From the IMG/VR virus record IMGVR_UViG_3300031416_000008, positions 1-59,302 of that record: a stretch of DNA of 59,302 nt, one strand, 5' to 3'. This DNA comes from a virus. The notes below the pieces were generated by a model that was not told the DNA's origin, did not search any database, and saw nothing but the letters and a program-made list of their open reading frames with translations. Both the position numbers and the translations under genes were made by a program. Positions 1-8,349 of the stretch are shown here, in pieces. Numbering within the stretch: position 1 is the first letter of the stretch; each line of letters begins with the position of its first letter.

Positions 1-127
1 GTGGCGGGGGATCAAACGGGGCACTCGTCGTCGGGGTCGTCTGGGGCGGGGAGCGAATACCGAGATGCAGGCCTGTAAGGGCGATTGATTTGCATCGCCG
101 TTTGTTCGTCAGTGAGCGTGTAGGAAA
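1..127. repeat. Terminal direct repeat identical to 59176..59302 (circular-assembly overlap)
   Basis: First 127 nt recur base for base as the last 127 nt, giving a unit length of 59175 bp. Confidence 0.9.
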
Positions 128-356
128 AAATCGAAGCGCCGCCGTAGAAGTGTGTTACCCAGCCACTGATCGTCGGTTCTTTTGCTTCCGGCTGATCCTC
201 CGGCCAAACTAATGTCGGGATATCGATGCGGAGCATTTTCGCGCCGAACCGTTCTTCTTCGCGAGCGCGGCCGGCATGGCGGCGGTGCCCAAACACTTCA
301 ACGACTGCCCATTCAAAGCCTTCATCGGCATCTGTGGTATTTTGTTCGTCTGTCAT
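12..356 (-). CDS. Hypothetical early protein (114 aa)
   Basis: Intact ORF in a co-oriented operon. Its 3' end is duplicated in the terminal overlap. Confidence 0.6.
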   Translation of the reverse strand: MTDEQNTTDADEGFEWAVVEVFGHRRHAGRAREEERFGAKMLRIDIPTLVWPEDQPEAKEPTISGWVTHFYGGASIFSYTLTDEQTAMQINRPYRPASRYSLPAPDDPDDECPV

Positions 357-364
357 AGCGTTCC

Positions 365-1027
365 CTAAAAATGAAATGCTTCGCTATCGATTAGATCAGC
401 GCGCGTGAGTCCGTCCGTCCCGGCAAACGGGGCGTCGATCGAGACGTTTTTAAAATGATCAAACTGGCGGTTGTATTCGGTGACGGCTTTCTTCACCCAC
501 GCGGCCAAATCATTGAACGGCACTTTCCGATCGAGAATCTGCACCATCACGGAATTGATGACGTCCATCTGAGCAGCGGACATGAGATAGCCAGGCACAT
601 GAACGCGGATCAGCTTGCGCATGGCAGAGGGGTCCGCGCGGGCGATTTTTTGGGACTTTTTTCGCTGATACGCTCTACGGTCTTTCGCCCGCACTTGCTC
701 AATGTCGCGAACGCGGTTTTTATCGAGCCCACGCTCCCTCCGACAGCGCGCGTTCCTCTCACGGACGGAGACCATGCGTTCCTCGTTCGCCTTCTCACGT
801 TGCCAACGGGCCTTCTGTAGTGCCTTGCGACGCTTTGGATTTAATGCGGCGTAGCGCTTACGCTTTTGTTCTCGCGTTTTTTCAACATCACGGTGATAGC
901 GCTCTCGATTTTGGGCATTACGCTTTTCTTTATGTGCATCGCGCAACCGTGTCAGTTCTTCGAGTGCTGCATCCTGATCCATCTGTTGGAGCTCAAGAAG
1001 CTTGCCTTTGGTGAGATAGAAATCCAT
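365..1027 (-). CDS. Hypothetical protein with Arg/Lys-rich helical centre (220 aa)
   Basis: ORF tightly packed with its neighbours. Has a long basic, coiled-coil-like stretch. Confidence 0.6.
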   Translation of the reverse strand: MDFYLTKGKLLELQQMDQDAALEELTRLRDAHKEKRNAQNRERYHRDVEKTREQKRKRYAALNPKRRKALQKARWQREKANEERMVSVRERNARCRRERGLDKNRVRDIEQVRAKDRRAYQRKKSQKIARADPSAMRKLIRVHVPGYLMSAAQMDVINSVMVQILDRKVPFNDLAAWVKKAVTEYNRQFDHFKNVSIDAPFAGTDGLTRADLIDSEAFHF

Positions 1028-1028
1028 G

Positions 1029-1400
1029 TCACACCCTCACTCCATATTCTTCCCGGACAGCTTTTTTGAGCGCCTTGATATGTTTGCCGCGGATTCGGTG
1101 TGATCCGATGATTGTAGCGCTTTCACATTCCCACGAATGACTGCCCTTACCGTCCGGATCGAGAACCACTGGTGAATCGGGCACCACCACGTAAACCCGG
1201 CCCTTCCCGCTGGGGTGAAGGCAAGCAAACTGGTATGCGGCTAGATAATCCGTGGTGATGTAAATCCTATCGGTTCGGCAAACGCCACGCGCGCCGAAGT
1301 CAGCCGTTGTTGCAGCGCGTGTAACGATTGGCGGCAAAATCTTTTCGCCGATTTGCAAACCGCTTGGCCCGCCGTGGTAATAGGTGGTTGGCTGGCTCAT
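1029..1400 (-). CDS. Arr-like (rifampin ADP-ribosyltransferase fold) protein, 123 aa
   Basis: Pattern YYHGG..LxIGE..RIYITTDYLAAYQFA..GKGRVYVVVPDSPVVLDPD..IIG parallels Arr YHGT..LxxGD..HIYF..AVWGAELA..GRGYIYIVEPTGPFEDDPN..IVG. Confidence 0.5.
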   Translation of the reverse strand: MSQPTTYYHGGPSGLQIGEKILPPIVTRAATTADFGARGVCRTDRIYITTDYLAAYQFACLHPSGKGRVYVVVPDSPVVLDPDGKGSHSWECESATIIGSHRIRGKHIKALKKAVREEYGVRV

Positions 1401-1609
1401 GCTTCACCCATCTTGGTCGTTAAGAGTGCCAGCAACCTTTCAATTCGTTCTTCGGAAAGTTTCAGAACGAACGTTGTCAGGTTGTTATTGAAACGCGTCC
1501 AGTCAGTGCCACCGTTCGCGCCGGGGTTAATCACCCCGGCTTCTTCAAGCTCCCACTTAGAGAGGTTGTGTAGGACACCAAACATGCAGGCAAAGTCTCG
1601 CGGGGTCAT
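1397..1609 (-). CDS. Small hypothetical protein (70 aa; internal ATG chosen)
   Basis: ATGA start/stop overlap with the upstream ORF at 1606-1609. The N-terminal extension in the ORF track looks non-coding. Confidence 0.5.
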   Translation of the reverse strand: MTPRDFACMFGVLHNLSKWELEEAGVINPGANGGTDWTRFNNNLTTFVLKLSEERIERLLALLTTKMGEA

Positions 1610-1896
1610 GGCTGATAACCCTGCTGCTGCGGCCAGTGGCGGCAGATCAGGCGCAATTTTTCTGCTTTGCGCTCGCGCTTCACTTCGGCGCGTTCCTGAT
1701 AAAAAGATGCGGGCAGAACGGTCGGAACAAAGCGTGGGGAGCGGCGTGTCCACGGCTTTCTTGCGGGCTTTGACGTTGGCGTTGACGAAGCGTCATCGTG
1801 GATCACGACAGCTGTGCTAGGAGCGCGCCTTATGCTAACTCCACCCAACAGCATTGCGCCGAGAGCCAAGACACTTCCAAATCCAAATCTACGCAT
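1606..1896 (-). CDS. Putative secreted small protein (signal-peptide-like N-terminus)
   Basis: N-terminus MRRFGFGSVLALGAMLLGG is hydrophobic. Translationally coupled to the downstream ORF. Confidence 0.45.
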   Translation of the reverse strand: MRRFGFGSVLALGAMLLGGVSIRRAPSTAVVIHDDASSTPTSKPARKPWTRRSPRFVPTVLPASFYQERAEVKRERKAEKLRLICRHWPQQQGYQP

Positions 1897-2497
1897 TGAT
1901 AATTTCTCTTTCGTCGTGTGAGGAAATGATGACGCGCACGAAATCGCTGATCCGATCTTTCAGGACGATGCGAGAGGCGCAGAGGGAAAGGTACGTGTAG
2001 GCGTTGCCGGTACCGCCATCGCTCATGCCTTCCAGAAAAGGCTTGGCTGTTATGGTCGAGATATCGACACCGATTGTGATAAGGCCGCGCAGCACTGCAT
2101 AAATGTTGCGATGATGCGGGGACTGGAAGTGCTGTGGTTGCAGATCGTGCACGAAATCCAGCGCGTAGCGGGGATCTATGAACATGGCGCCCAACACAGC
2201 ACGTTCTACATCATCGACTTCTGTGTCGATCAGGCGGGTGCTGATCAATGAAGCCGATTCAAGAAAGGCTTCCCAGTGCCGAATAACGTGTTGCATCGCT
2301 TCGGCTTCGCTCGCGGCGGATTTGGAAGCGTGCTCACACTGAGAGAGTTCCCAGCTTGTCCGCCATTGCCAAGCCTTCTGTTTGACCGGCGGGGTGATTT
2401 CACCAATCCGTAATGTGCCGGAATAGACATGGATGCGGGCATTCGAGCCCTTTGCAAGCCGACGAAAGGAAAGCGGCGCTTTGTTTTGAACGATCAT
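1889..2497 (-). CDS. DnaB N-terminal-domain-only protein
   Basis: C-terminal half ERAVLGAMFIDP..F.SPHHRNIY..L...G.DI..IT..GNAYTYL matches the DnaB_N pattern. No RecA/helicase domain. Start overlaps the XRE gene stop. Confidence 0.55.
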   Translation of the reverse strand: MIVQNKAPLSFRRLAKGSNARIHVYSGTLRIGEITPPVKQKAWQWRTSWELSQCEHASKSAASEAEAMQHVIRHWEAFLESASLISTRLIDTEVDDVERAVLGAMFIDPRYALDFVHDLQPQHFQSPHHRNIYAVLRGLITIGVDISTITAKPFLEGMSDGGTGNAYTYLSLCASRIVLKDRISDFVRVIISSHDEREIINA

Positions 2498-2715
2498 TAT
2501 TCGCCTGCCTGTCCATCGCGGCGAAACTCGATCAGTTGACCGGGCGTGCAATCCAACACAACGCAGAGCTTTTCCAGCAGTTCATAGCTGATTGTTTTCT
2601 GCTTGTTCTGAGTAATGCGGGAGAACTGCGTGCGCTTCATGTCAACCTTGTCGGCGAGGTCGCTCAAATTCATCCCCCGATCGGCGGCTATTGCCTTAAT
2701 CCGCAAGACAATCAT
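2497..2715 (-). CDS. XRE-family helix-turn-helix regulator (72 aa)
   Basis: MNLSDLADKVDMKRTQFSRITQNKQKTISYELLEKLCVVLDCTPGQL is a canonical Cro/CI-type HTH. Confidence 0.8.
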   Translation of the reverse strand: MIVLRIKAIAADRGMNLSDLADKVDMKRTQFSRITQNKQKTISYELLEKLCVVLDCTPGQLIEFRRDGQAGE

Positions 2716-3089
2716 GGGTACATTCCTATGGTAATTGGGTTGGCAACAGACTGGATTGGGATGACGTTCTTCACTTTCACTCGCAGGCCGATGCCTGGCT
2801 GAATTTCACAAGGGGTATCGAGCTGGAAAACTGTGAAAACGAACTGGTCGTTTTCTGTGCAACGCACCATCATGCCGTGCGTGACGACGACTGTTTTACG
2901 GCCGTCGTTGGCCGGGAAATCCACGGTAGTGTGCGGCGACTTTTCCGAATTGAAATTTAATTGTTGCCGCTCGTAACCAACCCACTCACGCGGATCGACT
3001 TCTTTTGCTGGTGAAGTCATCAGGCCAAACTCGAACCAAGAGTGAAGCGGTTCGACTACAATTTCGGTTTTTGGATTTGCTTCGCTCAT
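2712..3089 (-). CDS. Hypothetical protein (125 aa; internal ATG with GGAG SD)
   Basis: GGAG lies 9 nt upstream of the ATG at 3089, and the upstream gene stops at 3091. Confidence 0.55.
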   Translation of the reverse strand: MSEANPKTEIVVEPLHSWFEFGLMTSPAKEVDPREWVGYERQQLNFNSEKSPHTTVDFPANDGRKTVVVTHGMMVRCTENDQFVFTVFQLDTPCEIQPGIGLRVKVKNVIPIQSVANPITIGMYP

Positions 3090-3090
3090 G

Positions 3091-3543
3091 TCAGCGGCTC
3101 CGATATTCGCCTTTGCGCACGACGCGCTCATTCAGGCCTACGAGTTTTTCAATTGTGGTTGGTCGATGCATGTTGGCGCTGGCATCGTTTTTCGCTGCCG
3201 CACGTTTCACGCGGGTCGCGCGTTCCACCTTGACCGGATTGCTTCCAGCGTTTCGGACGACTACTTCCGCACGGGAATTAAAGATGAGCAGATTGTAGAG
3301 GCTGGGGCTCTCGATCGAGGCGGCTGCAGCGTTCGCGTTCTTGACTGACGTGAAGTCACCGACGATGCGCGAAGGCTGGTTTCGCCACTTTTCTACCGGG
3401 CTCAGAATGAGGCGATAATGACGCTTCGGAGCTCTATATTGCCACGCTTTCCAGATGCGTTTGAAAGGCTCTTTTGGCGCTTGGTCGAAGGTCACAATGA
3501 AGGGCTTTTTCACCCCATTTGCGGGGGCATTTTTGGCGCTCAT
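3091..3543 (-). CDS. Hypothetical protein (150 aa; internal ATG)
   Basis: The N-terminal 80 codons of the ORF-track entry look non-coding. MSAKNAP start is preceded by GGAAGGG. Confidence 0.5.
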   Translation of the reverse strand: MSAKNAPANGVKKPFIVTFDQAPKEPFKRIWKAWQYRAPKRHYRLILSPVEKWRNQPSRIVGDFTSVKNANAAAASIESPSLYNLLIFNSRAEVVVRNAGSNPVKVERATRVKRAAAKNDASANMHRPTTIEKLVGLNERVVRKGEYRSR

Positions 3544-3779
3544 TTTTTCGCCCTTCCGTACAGGAATTGTTCTGCATTTTTCGGGCGGTGTATTGCGGTG
3601 AGATGCGCTTGCTGACGCGGTGTTTTCGCGGTGTGCGCTACCCCCACAATATACCACATGGACTAGGGGAAGCCGTTTTGAAGGGCTTTTTTCGAGTGTT
3701 TTCAAAGGGGTGGAAATTGCCCGAGCCAACGCCGTACAAACTGCGTACAGGATAGAGGGGGTTTTGATGGAAATAGCGC

Positions 3780-4151
3780 TCATTCGTCACCGCCTTCGGC
3801 CTTGCGACCGTGCTGCAATGAGGCGGCATGTGAGCGATAAAGATTGGCTTGATTTTCGTAGTAATCCTGCAACCCGCGCAAGGCACGAGCGAGCGTGGAA
3901 TCTGTATAGCTGTAGAGCCATGGACTGCGTTTTCCGAAGCCTGCTGATTTAACTTCGTAGAACGGAGCGGCGTATATAAACGCGTTTCGGATGACGACGA
4001 GCGTGGAAAGGCGATTGAAACCACTGGTTTGAATGCCGGTGGCTTTAAGCCAAGAGTCGGTGCCCGATTTATGGACCGTCCATTTGTAGCCAGGCATAAT
4101 CCGTACGAGCTCTGCGCGGAAATCAGCGGGAGTGAAATTCTTGTCAGCCAT
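3780..4151 (-). CDS. Hypothetical protein (123 aa)
   Basis: GGAGG lies 9 nt upstream of the ATG at 4151. Sits immediately downstream of the recombinase gene. Confidence 0.55.
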   Translation of the reverse strand: MADKNFTPADFRAELVRIMPGYKWTVHKSGTDSWLKATGIQTSGFNRLSTLVVIRNAFIYAAPFYEVKSAGFGKRSPWLYSYTDSTLARALRGLQDYYENQANLYRSHAASLQHGRKAEGGDE

Positions 4152-4156
4152 GCTGC

Positions 4157-5293
4157 TTAAACCTCCGCTGCCTTGGATTGGAAACTTGCGTGATGGTGGC
4201 CGTAAACGGCTTCCAGTGTTTTCGTGGACATGCCGAGCGAATGGCTGGCTTCCCACATGTCAACACCGGCACGCATGAGCCATGTCGCGCGGGTGTGGCG
4301 CATGGTGTGAGGCGTGACTTTTGAATCGAGCTTTGCAGCTTGAACTGCCTGCTTCCACGCATGGCGAATGTCAGCGATATCGGCGCCGTGCCAATGAATG
4401 ACGGTGTTGAAGAAATTAATCTGACTGCTGGTGCCTGCCTGATCAGCGATCCGCGCTTGATCGGCCATGTCGAGCTTTTTCCAGCGTTTCAAATGGAACA
4501 GGATTTTCCGGCCGAGTTTAACAGGCGGGCGGCGTTTCTTTGTTTCGCGCTGGCCTTCGGAACGGCGGTACATAATTTCTTCGTTCAGATCGATGTAGCC
4601 GGCGCGTTCATTCCGCTCCCACTGAACCGTAAGCAAAACATTCAAGCGCGAGCCCGTGTAAATGCCGAGCAGGATTAATCGCGCCATGTGGCGATTGACG
4701 CGCTGGCGATCCCGCGACCACTTGCCGTTTTTCCAACTCCAGCCGAGAGCGCCAGCAATCAGGCGAGCAGCTTCCGATTTTGTCAGCCAACGCGTGCGGG
4801 CAGGGGAGGGTTGGGGCATGTGTACGACTGGCAGAGAATCCACTGGGCCGTAATTCTTGTTCCAGAAATTCAGAGCCGACAGCAGGATTGCGAGCTCGCG
4901 ACGGATTGTGCCTGGCTTAACCGGACGAGATCCGGAAAGGCGGTGCGTCTCGTATTCCTTGCACGTTTGTTTCGTGATTTCGGAAAGAGATTTGCGGCCC
5001 CACCAACGAGACAAAGCTGTCAAACCATAAGCTGTTGATCGCGGGGCAACAGTTTCCGGCAGATGCTCTTGCGAATATGTCAGGAGAACTTGCGCTATCA
5101 CGATCCGGTCCGCCCGCTTGGTTTCGGTTGGGTTGGCGTGTTTGAGCGCGATATATTCCGCGAGGGCTTTTTCTGCTTGCTCAAGCTCATGTTCAGCGCA
5201 TCCAGTGCGCTTTGCGTAGGATCGATCGCGGATGATCCAGACACCTTCACTTCGGTTGAAGTAGAGACGAGGCGGGAGCGCTTTCTTAGGCAT
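4157..5293 (-). CDS. int: Tyrosine recombinase / phage integrase family
   Basis: C-terminal catalytic signature R...HTMRHTRATWL...LGMSTKTLEAVYGHH (R-H-R-Y), with an N-terminal SAM-like domain. Confidence 0.9.
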   Translation of the reverse strand: MPKKALPPRLYFNRSEGVWIIRDRSYAKRTGCAEHELEQAEKALAEYIALKHANPTETKRADRIVIAQVLLTYSQEHLPETVAPRSTAYGLTALSRWWGRKSLSEITKQTCKEYETHRLSGSRPVKPGTIRRELAILLSALNFWNKNYGPVDSLPVVHMPQPSPARTRWLTKSEAARLIAGALGWSWKNGKWSRDRQRVNRHMARLILLGIYTGSRLNVLLTVQWERNERAGYIDLNEEIMYRRSEGQRETKKRRPPVKLGRKILFHLKRWKKLDMADQARIADQAGTSSQINFFNTVIHWHGADIADIRHAWKQAVQAAKLDSKVTPHTMRHTRATWLMRAGVDMWEASHSLGMSTKTLEAVYGHHHASFQSKAAEV

Positions 5294-5472
5294 AGCTGCA
5301 ACCAGTCTTTCAGCATCGCTGGGGTCACGCAGTAGCGTTTCCCGATCATCAAAAGGGTGAGGCGACCTGCTTTATGCTCATTGCGCAGGTGCGCAGTGGA
5401 GCACGCATTTTTCAAAATGCGCTCGCGAGCTTCGGTCAGTGTCAGGATTTCGTCGGGATCGAATTGGCTCAT
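5098..5472 (-). CDS. Excisionase/AlpA-like HTH protein; 3' end overlaps the recombinase gene
   Basis: MSQFDPDEILTLTEA...GKRYCVTPAMLKDWL motif. The frame stays open 196 nt into int. Confidence 0.45.
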   Translation of the reverse strand: MSQFDPDEILTLTEARERILKNACSTAHLRNEHKAGRLTLLMIGKRYCVTPAMLKDWLQLCLRKRSRLVSTSTEVKVSGSSAIDPTQSALDALNMSLSKQKKPSRNISRSNTPTQPKPSGRTGS

Positions 5473-5840
5473 AGCGCGAGCCTCAAAGTTTCCATCGCGA
5501 TGTAAAAAATGGTTGCGCAGAGCCATCCAAGGCCAAATGCCGACAGCGAAGCGGCGCGGAGCAAATACCGAGGCTCTTTTTTCACAGGAGCTGGTTCGGG
5601 CTGTGGCTGCTGTTCTGCTTTCTGGTTCCAATGCTCGATCGGCATGACGTTTACCCCACCGCAAATATCGGCGAGGCGCTGCAACCGCACAGACGTGTGG
5701 AACGCACCATCAGTTTTGACCATGTGCCGTACGCAGGCTTCGATGAGCCCTTCCGGGGCTCCGGGTAAAAAGCCGCTTACTTGTGCATCGAACTGATTGA
5801 TTGAAGTGAAAAGGCTGTCCGTAGGTTGAGGCCTGTTCAT
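5469..5840 (-). CDS. Hypothetical protein with C-terminal transmembrane helix
   Basis: ATGA overlaps at both ends. C-terminus LSAFGLGWLCATIFYIAM is hydrophobic. Confidence 0.5.
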   Translation of the reverse strand: MNRPQPTDSLFTSINQFDAQVSGFLPGAPEGLIEACVRHMVKTDGAFHTSVRLQRLADICGGVNVMPIEHWNQKAEQQPQPEPAPVKKEPRYLLRAASLSAFGLGWLCATIFYIAMETLRLAL

Positions 5841-6526
5841 GCTGCGTCCGCCTTCGCAATGATGGCTGGATCAGCTTCGATGCATTCACGCGCACGAAGA
5901 GCGCTACAAATGCCAAGCGTCAGATCACGGCCTGTGGCGTTCCAGCGGAGGGCATTGATCAAAAACTCGCAGTTATTGCGCCTGTCGGCTTGGATATTCA
6001 GGCTGCGGCATAAAGCGAGCAATTCGGGCTTCCAGAGCATCCAAAGCGCTTTTGAGGGCAGGGTCTCTTGCAATGCGAGACGAATTTCCGGCCAACGCGC
6101 ATAACCATCATGCCCGGTAGGCAACATGTTTCGAGCACGTTGCGGATATATCCACGCACCACGCATGTAACGATAATCACCCGGCAATCCCATCAAGTAA
6201 TACACGCCGTCGCGTTCGTGATGCGCTGCGCTTGCGTTGGTGCTGTATTCTTCCGAAAGAAACTTTTCGTGCAGGACGGCTATCGAATGGTGTGCAACAC
6301 CTTTCATCCCCTGCATCTGGTCATGCAACCGATCAAGTTTGTCCTTGGCTGATTTAATTTCAACTGCGATGATTTCAGCGCGGTCAACGGCCAATACATC
6401 AATGCGCGTTCCGCCAAGTGATGTGTTGATTTCGTGAATGATACGGGCGTTCGGACGTTGTTGGCGCAAATATGCCACCACAGCTTCACGGATTTCACCT
6501 TCTGCGGGGGAGCGGTAAGCGGGCAT
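5837..6526 (-). CDS. PD-(D/E)xK nuclease-fold protein (MmcB-like)
   Basis: RIDVLAVDRAEIIAVEIKSAKD contains D...E-x-K. One-nt stop/start overlap (TAATG) with the methyltransferase gene. Confidence 0.6.
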   Translation of the reverse strand: MPAYRSPAEGEIREAVVAYLRQQRPNARIIHEINTSLGGTRIDVLAVDRAEIIAVEIKSAKDKLDRLHDQMQGMKGVAHHSIAVLHEKFLSEEYSTNASAAHHERDGVYYLMGLPGDYRYMRGAWIYPQRARNMLPTGHDGYARWPEIRLALQETLPSKALWMLWKPELLALCRSLNIQADRRNNCEFLINALRWNATGRDLTLGICSALRARECIEADPAIIAKADAA

Positions 6527-7800
6527 TACACGACCTCGCTATCAAAAAGCGGGCCGTACTGGAGAGGCGCAGCGTCACTGGTCACTACACGCCAATCCTT
6601 TTCTATGCGGCGCTTTGCTATATCGGCATATTCCGGGTTGAGCTCTATCAAGATTGACTTGCGTCCATGTCGCGCTGCGACTAGCCCAGTTGTTCCTGCG
6701 CCACCGAACGGATCAAGGACTACGCCGCCCTTCGGGCATCCAGCCAAAATGCAGCGTTCTGCCAATTCGGGAGGGAACGTTGCGAAATGAGCTTCTGAAA
6801 ATGGGCGCGTAGCAATCGGCCAGACTGATAACGGCGCTGGCTCAAAATTCCGCAAGAGTCGACCATTCGCGCCCTGTTCAGCTGTCGTCATATTGTCCCA
6901 ACGGCTATTCAGTCCTTCATGTGGACGAACGTGTCCGCGTGTCCGCTCTTTACGCGTCTGATTGTGGGCAATGGCCGTGTGAGGAACTTCGCCAGAAGCC
7001 CATCCTTCGACGCGCTTATTGCCAGCGGTTTTTCGCTTTCCCGGTTGGCCAGCCGTATAAGAGCCCCCACGATAGCCGTCCGCGTCTTCGTCGCCGACGC
7101 GAAACTGTCTGACTATCTGGGCGTCATAGTAAGCGCCCATACGCATCCAGCGTGGACCATCGCGCTTCGGGTCAGTGATAAGCGGCGCTTTCTCGGTTAA
7201 GTCTGGGGCGAAAGACACGTCGCCTGTGTCGCGAGCGCGCCAAACGTCAGCATCATTGCTTTTGGTCAGAAGAAAGATTTTTTCATGCGCAGATGACGGA
7301 CGATAGACGCCGGATGAATCGGGCATCGGATTGGGTTTGCCCCAGATGATTTCCGAACGCACCCACCAACCGGCGTCTTGCAAAGCTATTGCGAGACGGT
7401 TGGGTATCATCAATAGGTCTTTGGCCTTGATATTCCCGCCAATAGTGGAGAACGGCTTATCGCGAAATGTTCTATCGTCAGTGCCGCTCTTTTTGGTGTC
7501 TGCAGCCGAACGGCCGTTCGGTGACGATGCGTAGCAATCGCCGTAGTTTAGCCAAAGGGTGCCGGTTGGTTTTAACACCCGCCGGATTTCTGCAAAAACA
7601 GATACCATTTTCGCGATGTGCTCGGATAGTGTGGGCTCCAAGCCCAACTGTCCTGCAACGCCATAATCGCGCAGCCCCCAATAGGGCGGAGAGGTGACGA
7701 CGCAATCGACCGACTCCGCTGGCAAGGTAGCCAATACGGCCAGGCAATCGCCTAGGAGGATTTCCACCCGTCCGTCAATTGCAGAGAGCCGCTCGATCAT
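6526..7800 (-). CDS. Beta-class DNA methyltransferase (N4-C or N6-A), 424 aa
   Basis: Motif IV TSPPYWG is N-terminal and motif I LDPFGGAGTTG is C-terminal, with a long central insertion. Confidence 0.9.
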   Translation of the reverse strand: MIERLSAIDGRVEILLGDCLAVLATLPAESVDCVVTSPPYWGLRDYGVAGQLGLEPTLSEHIAKMVSVFAEIRRVLKPTGTLWLNYGDCYASSPNGRSAADTKKSGTDDRTFRDKPFSTIGGNIKAKDLLMIPNRLAIALQDAGWWVRSEIIWGKPNPMPDSSGVYRPSSAHEKIFLLTKSNDADVWRARDTGDVSFAPDLTEKAPLITDPKRDGPRWMRMGAYYDAQIVRQFRVGDEDADGYRGGSYTAGQPGKRKTAGNKRVEGWASGEVPHTAIAHNQTRKERTRGHVRPHEGLNSRWDNMTTAEQGANGRLLRNFEPAPLSVWPIATRPFSEAHFATFPPELAERCILAGCPKGGVVLDPFGGAGTTGLVAARHGRKSILIELNPEYADIAKRRIEKDWRVVTSDAAPLQYGPLFDSEVV

Positions 7801-8279
7801 CGCCCAGCTTCCTGCAGATCGAAAATCGCTTTACGCTGGATCGCTGCGGCCCTGTCGTTCGCGCGGATGCTTGCGACCAGGGCCTTTTGGTCGCTTTGCA
7901 GCTTTGCCATTTCTTCGCGCATGATCGTTTCGCGCTGCTGGTTCGCTTTGTAACGCTCTACCAACCGGGCGCGGTTGTTTTTGACGACAGCCAGCTGACG
8001 CTGTGCAACGACGGCTTCTTGCGCCAAAAATTCCTTTGGAGAAGGCTCCGCTTTGAGCGGTTGAAAAACCTCCTTAATCATCTTCATTGCTTCCTCTGGC
8101 TGGCCAGCGCGCATCTTCGCGTAAGCGTCAGTTGCAACCTGTGTTGCATCTACGGATGGAGTCGACGCACTGTCTTCCGCCAGAGAACCACTCAATGCAG
8201 ATACGAGTTCGCTTTCAAAGGCATCGAAATGTTCAGTGTCGTTTGGGGCGAGCCAATGCGCGGCTGTGCTTGAAGACAT
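7797..8279 (-). CDS. Hypothetical coiled-coil protein (160 aa)
   Basis: AGGAGG SD upstream and ATGA overlap with the methyltransferase gene. Confidence 0.6.
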   Translation of the reverse strand: MSSSTAAHWLAPNDTEHFDAFESELVSALSGSLAEDSASTPSVDATQVATDAYAKMRAGQPEEAMKMIKEVFQPLKAEPSPKEFLAQEAVVAQRQLAVVKNNRARLVERYKANQQRETIMREEMAKLQSDQKALVASIRANDRAAAIQRKAIFDLQEAGR

Positions 8280-8298
8280 GCGGTCCTCCTGAAAGAGA

Positions 8299-8349
8299 AC
8301 CGCCGGTAGTGTGGAGTGTCAAAACGGAGAGGGACACACTACCGGCGGT
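8299..8349 (-). promoter_or_regulatory. Perfect 15-bp stem hairpin between two - strand genes
   Basis: ACCGCCGGTAGTGTG (8299-8313) pairs with CACACTACCGGCGGT (8335-8349), 21-nt loop. On the - strand it is followed by TTCTCTTT, then the SD. Confidence 0.5.

Noticed and set aside
1-127. The 127-bp terminal repeat could be a biological direct terminal repeat, LTR or att duplication.
   Set aside because: It falls inside and at the end of an ordinary early gene (12..356). The gene chain continues seamlessly across the junction (59164 to 12). No host DNA flanks it. A circular-assembly overlap is the simplest reading, though read-end analysis is needed to exclude a physical terminal repeat.
3544-3779. 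The 236-bp non-coding gap downstream of the recombinase region could hold attP, a tRNA fragment or a small RNA.
   Set aside because: I could see no tRNA-like cloverleaf, extended dyad or repeat. There is only a weak hairpin (AAGCC/GGCTT) and a TATATT hexamer, which is not enough to call a feature.
5641-5655. A partial match to the late-leader box (GCATGACGT) on the + strand.
   Set aside because: It lies inside a - strand coding region, lacks the flanking GC and GC bases, and has no downstream complementary arm or start codon.
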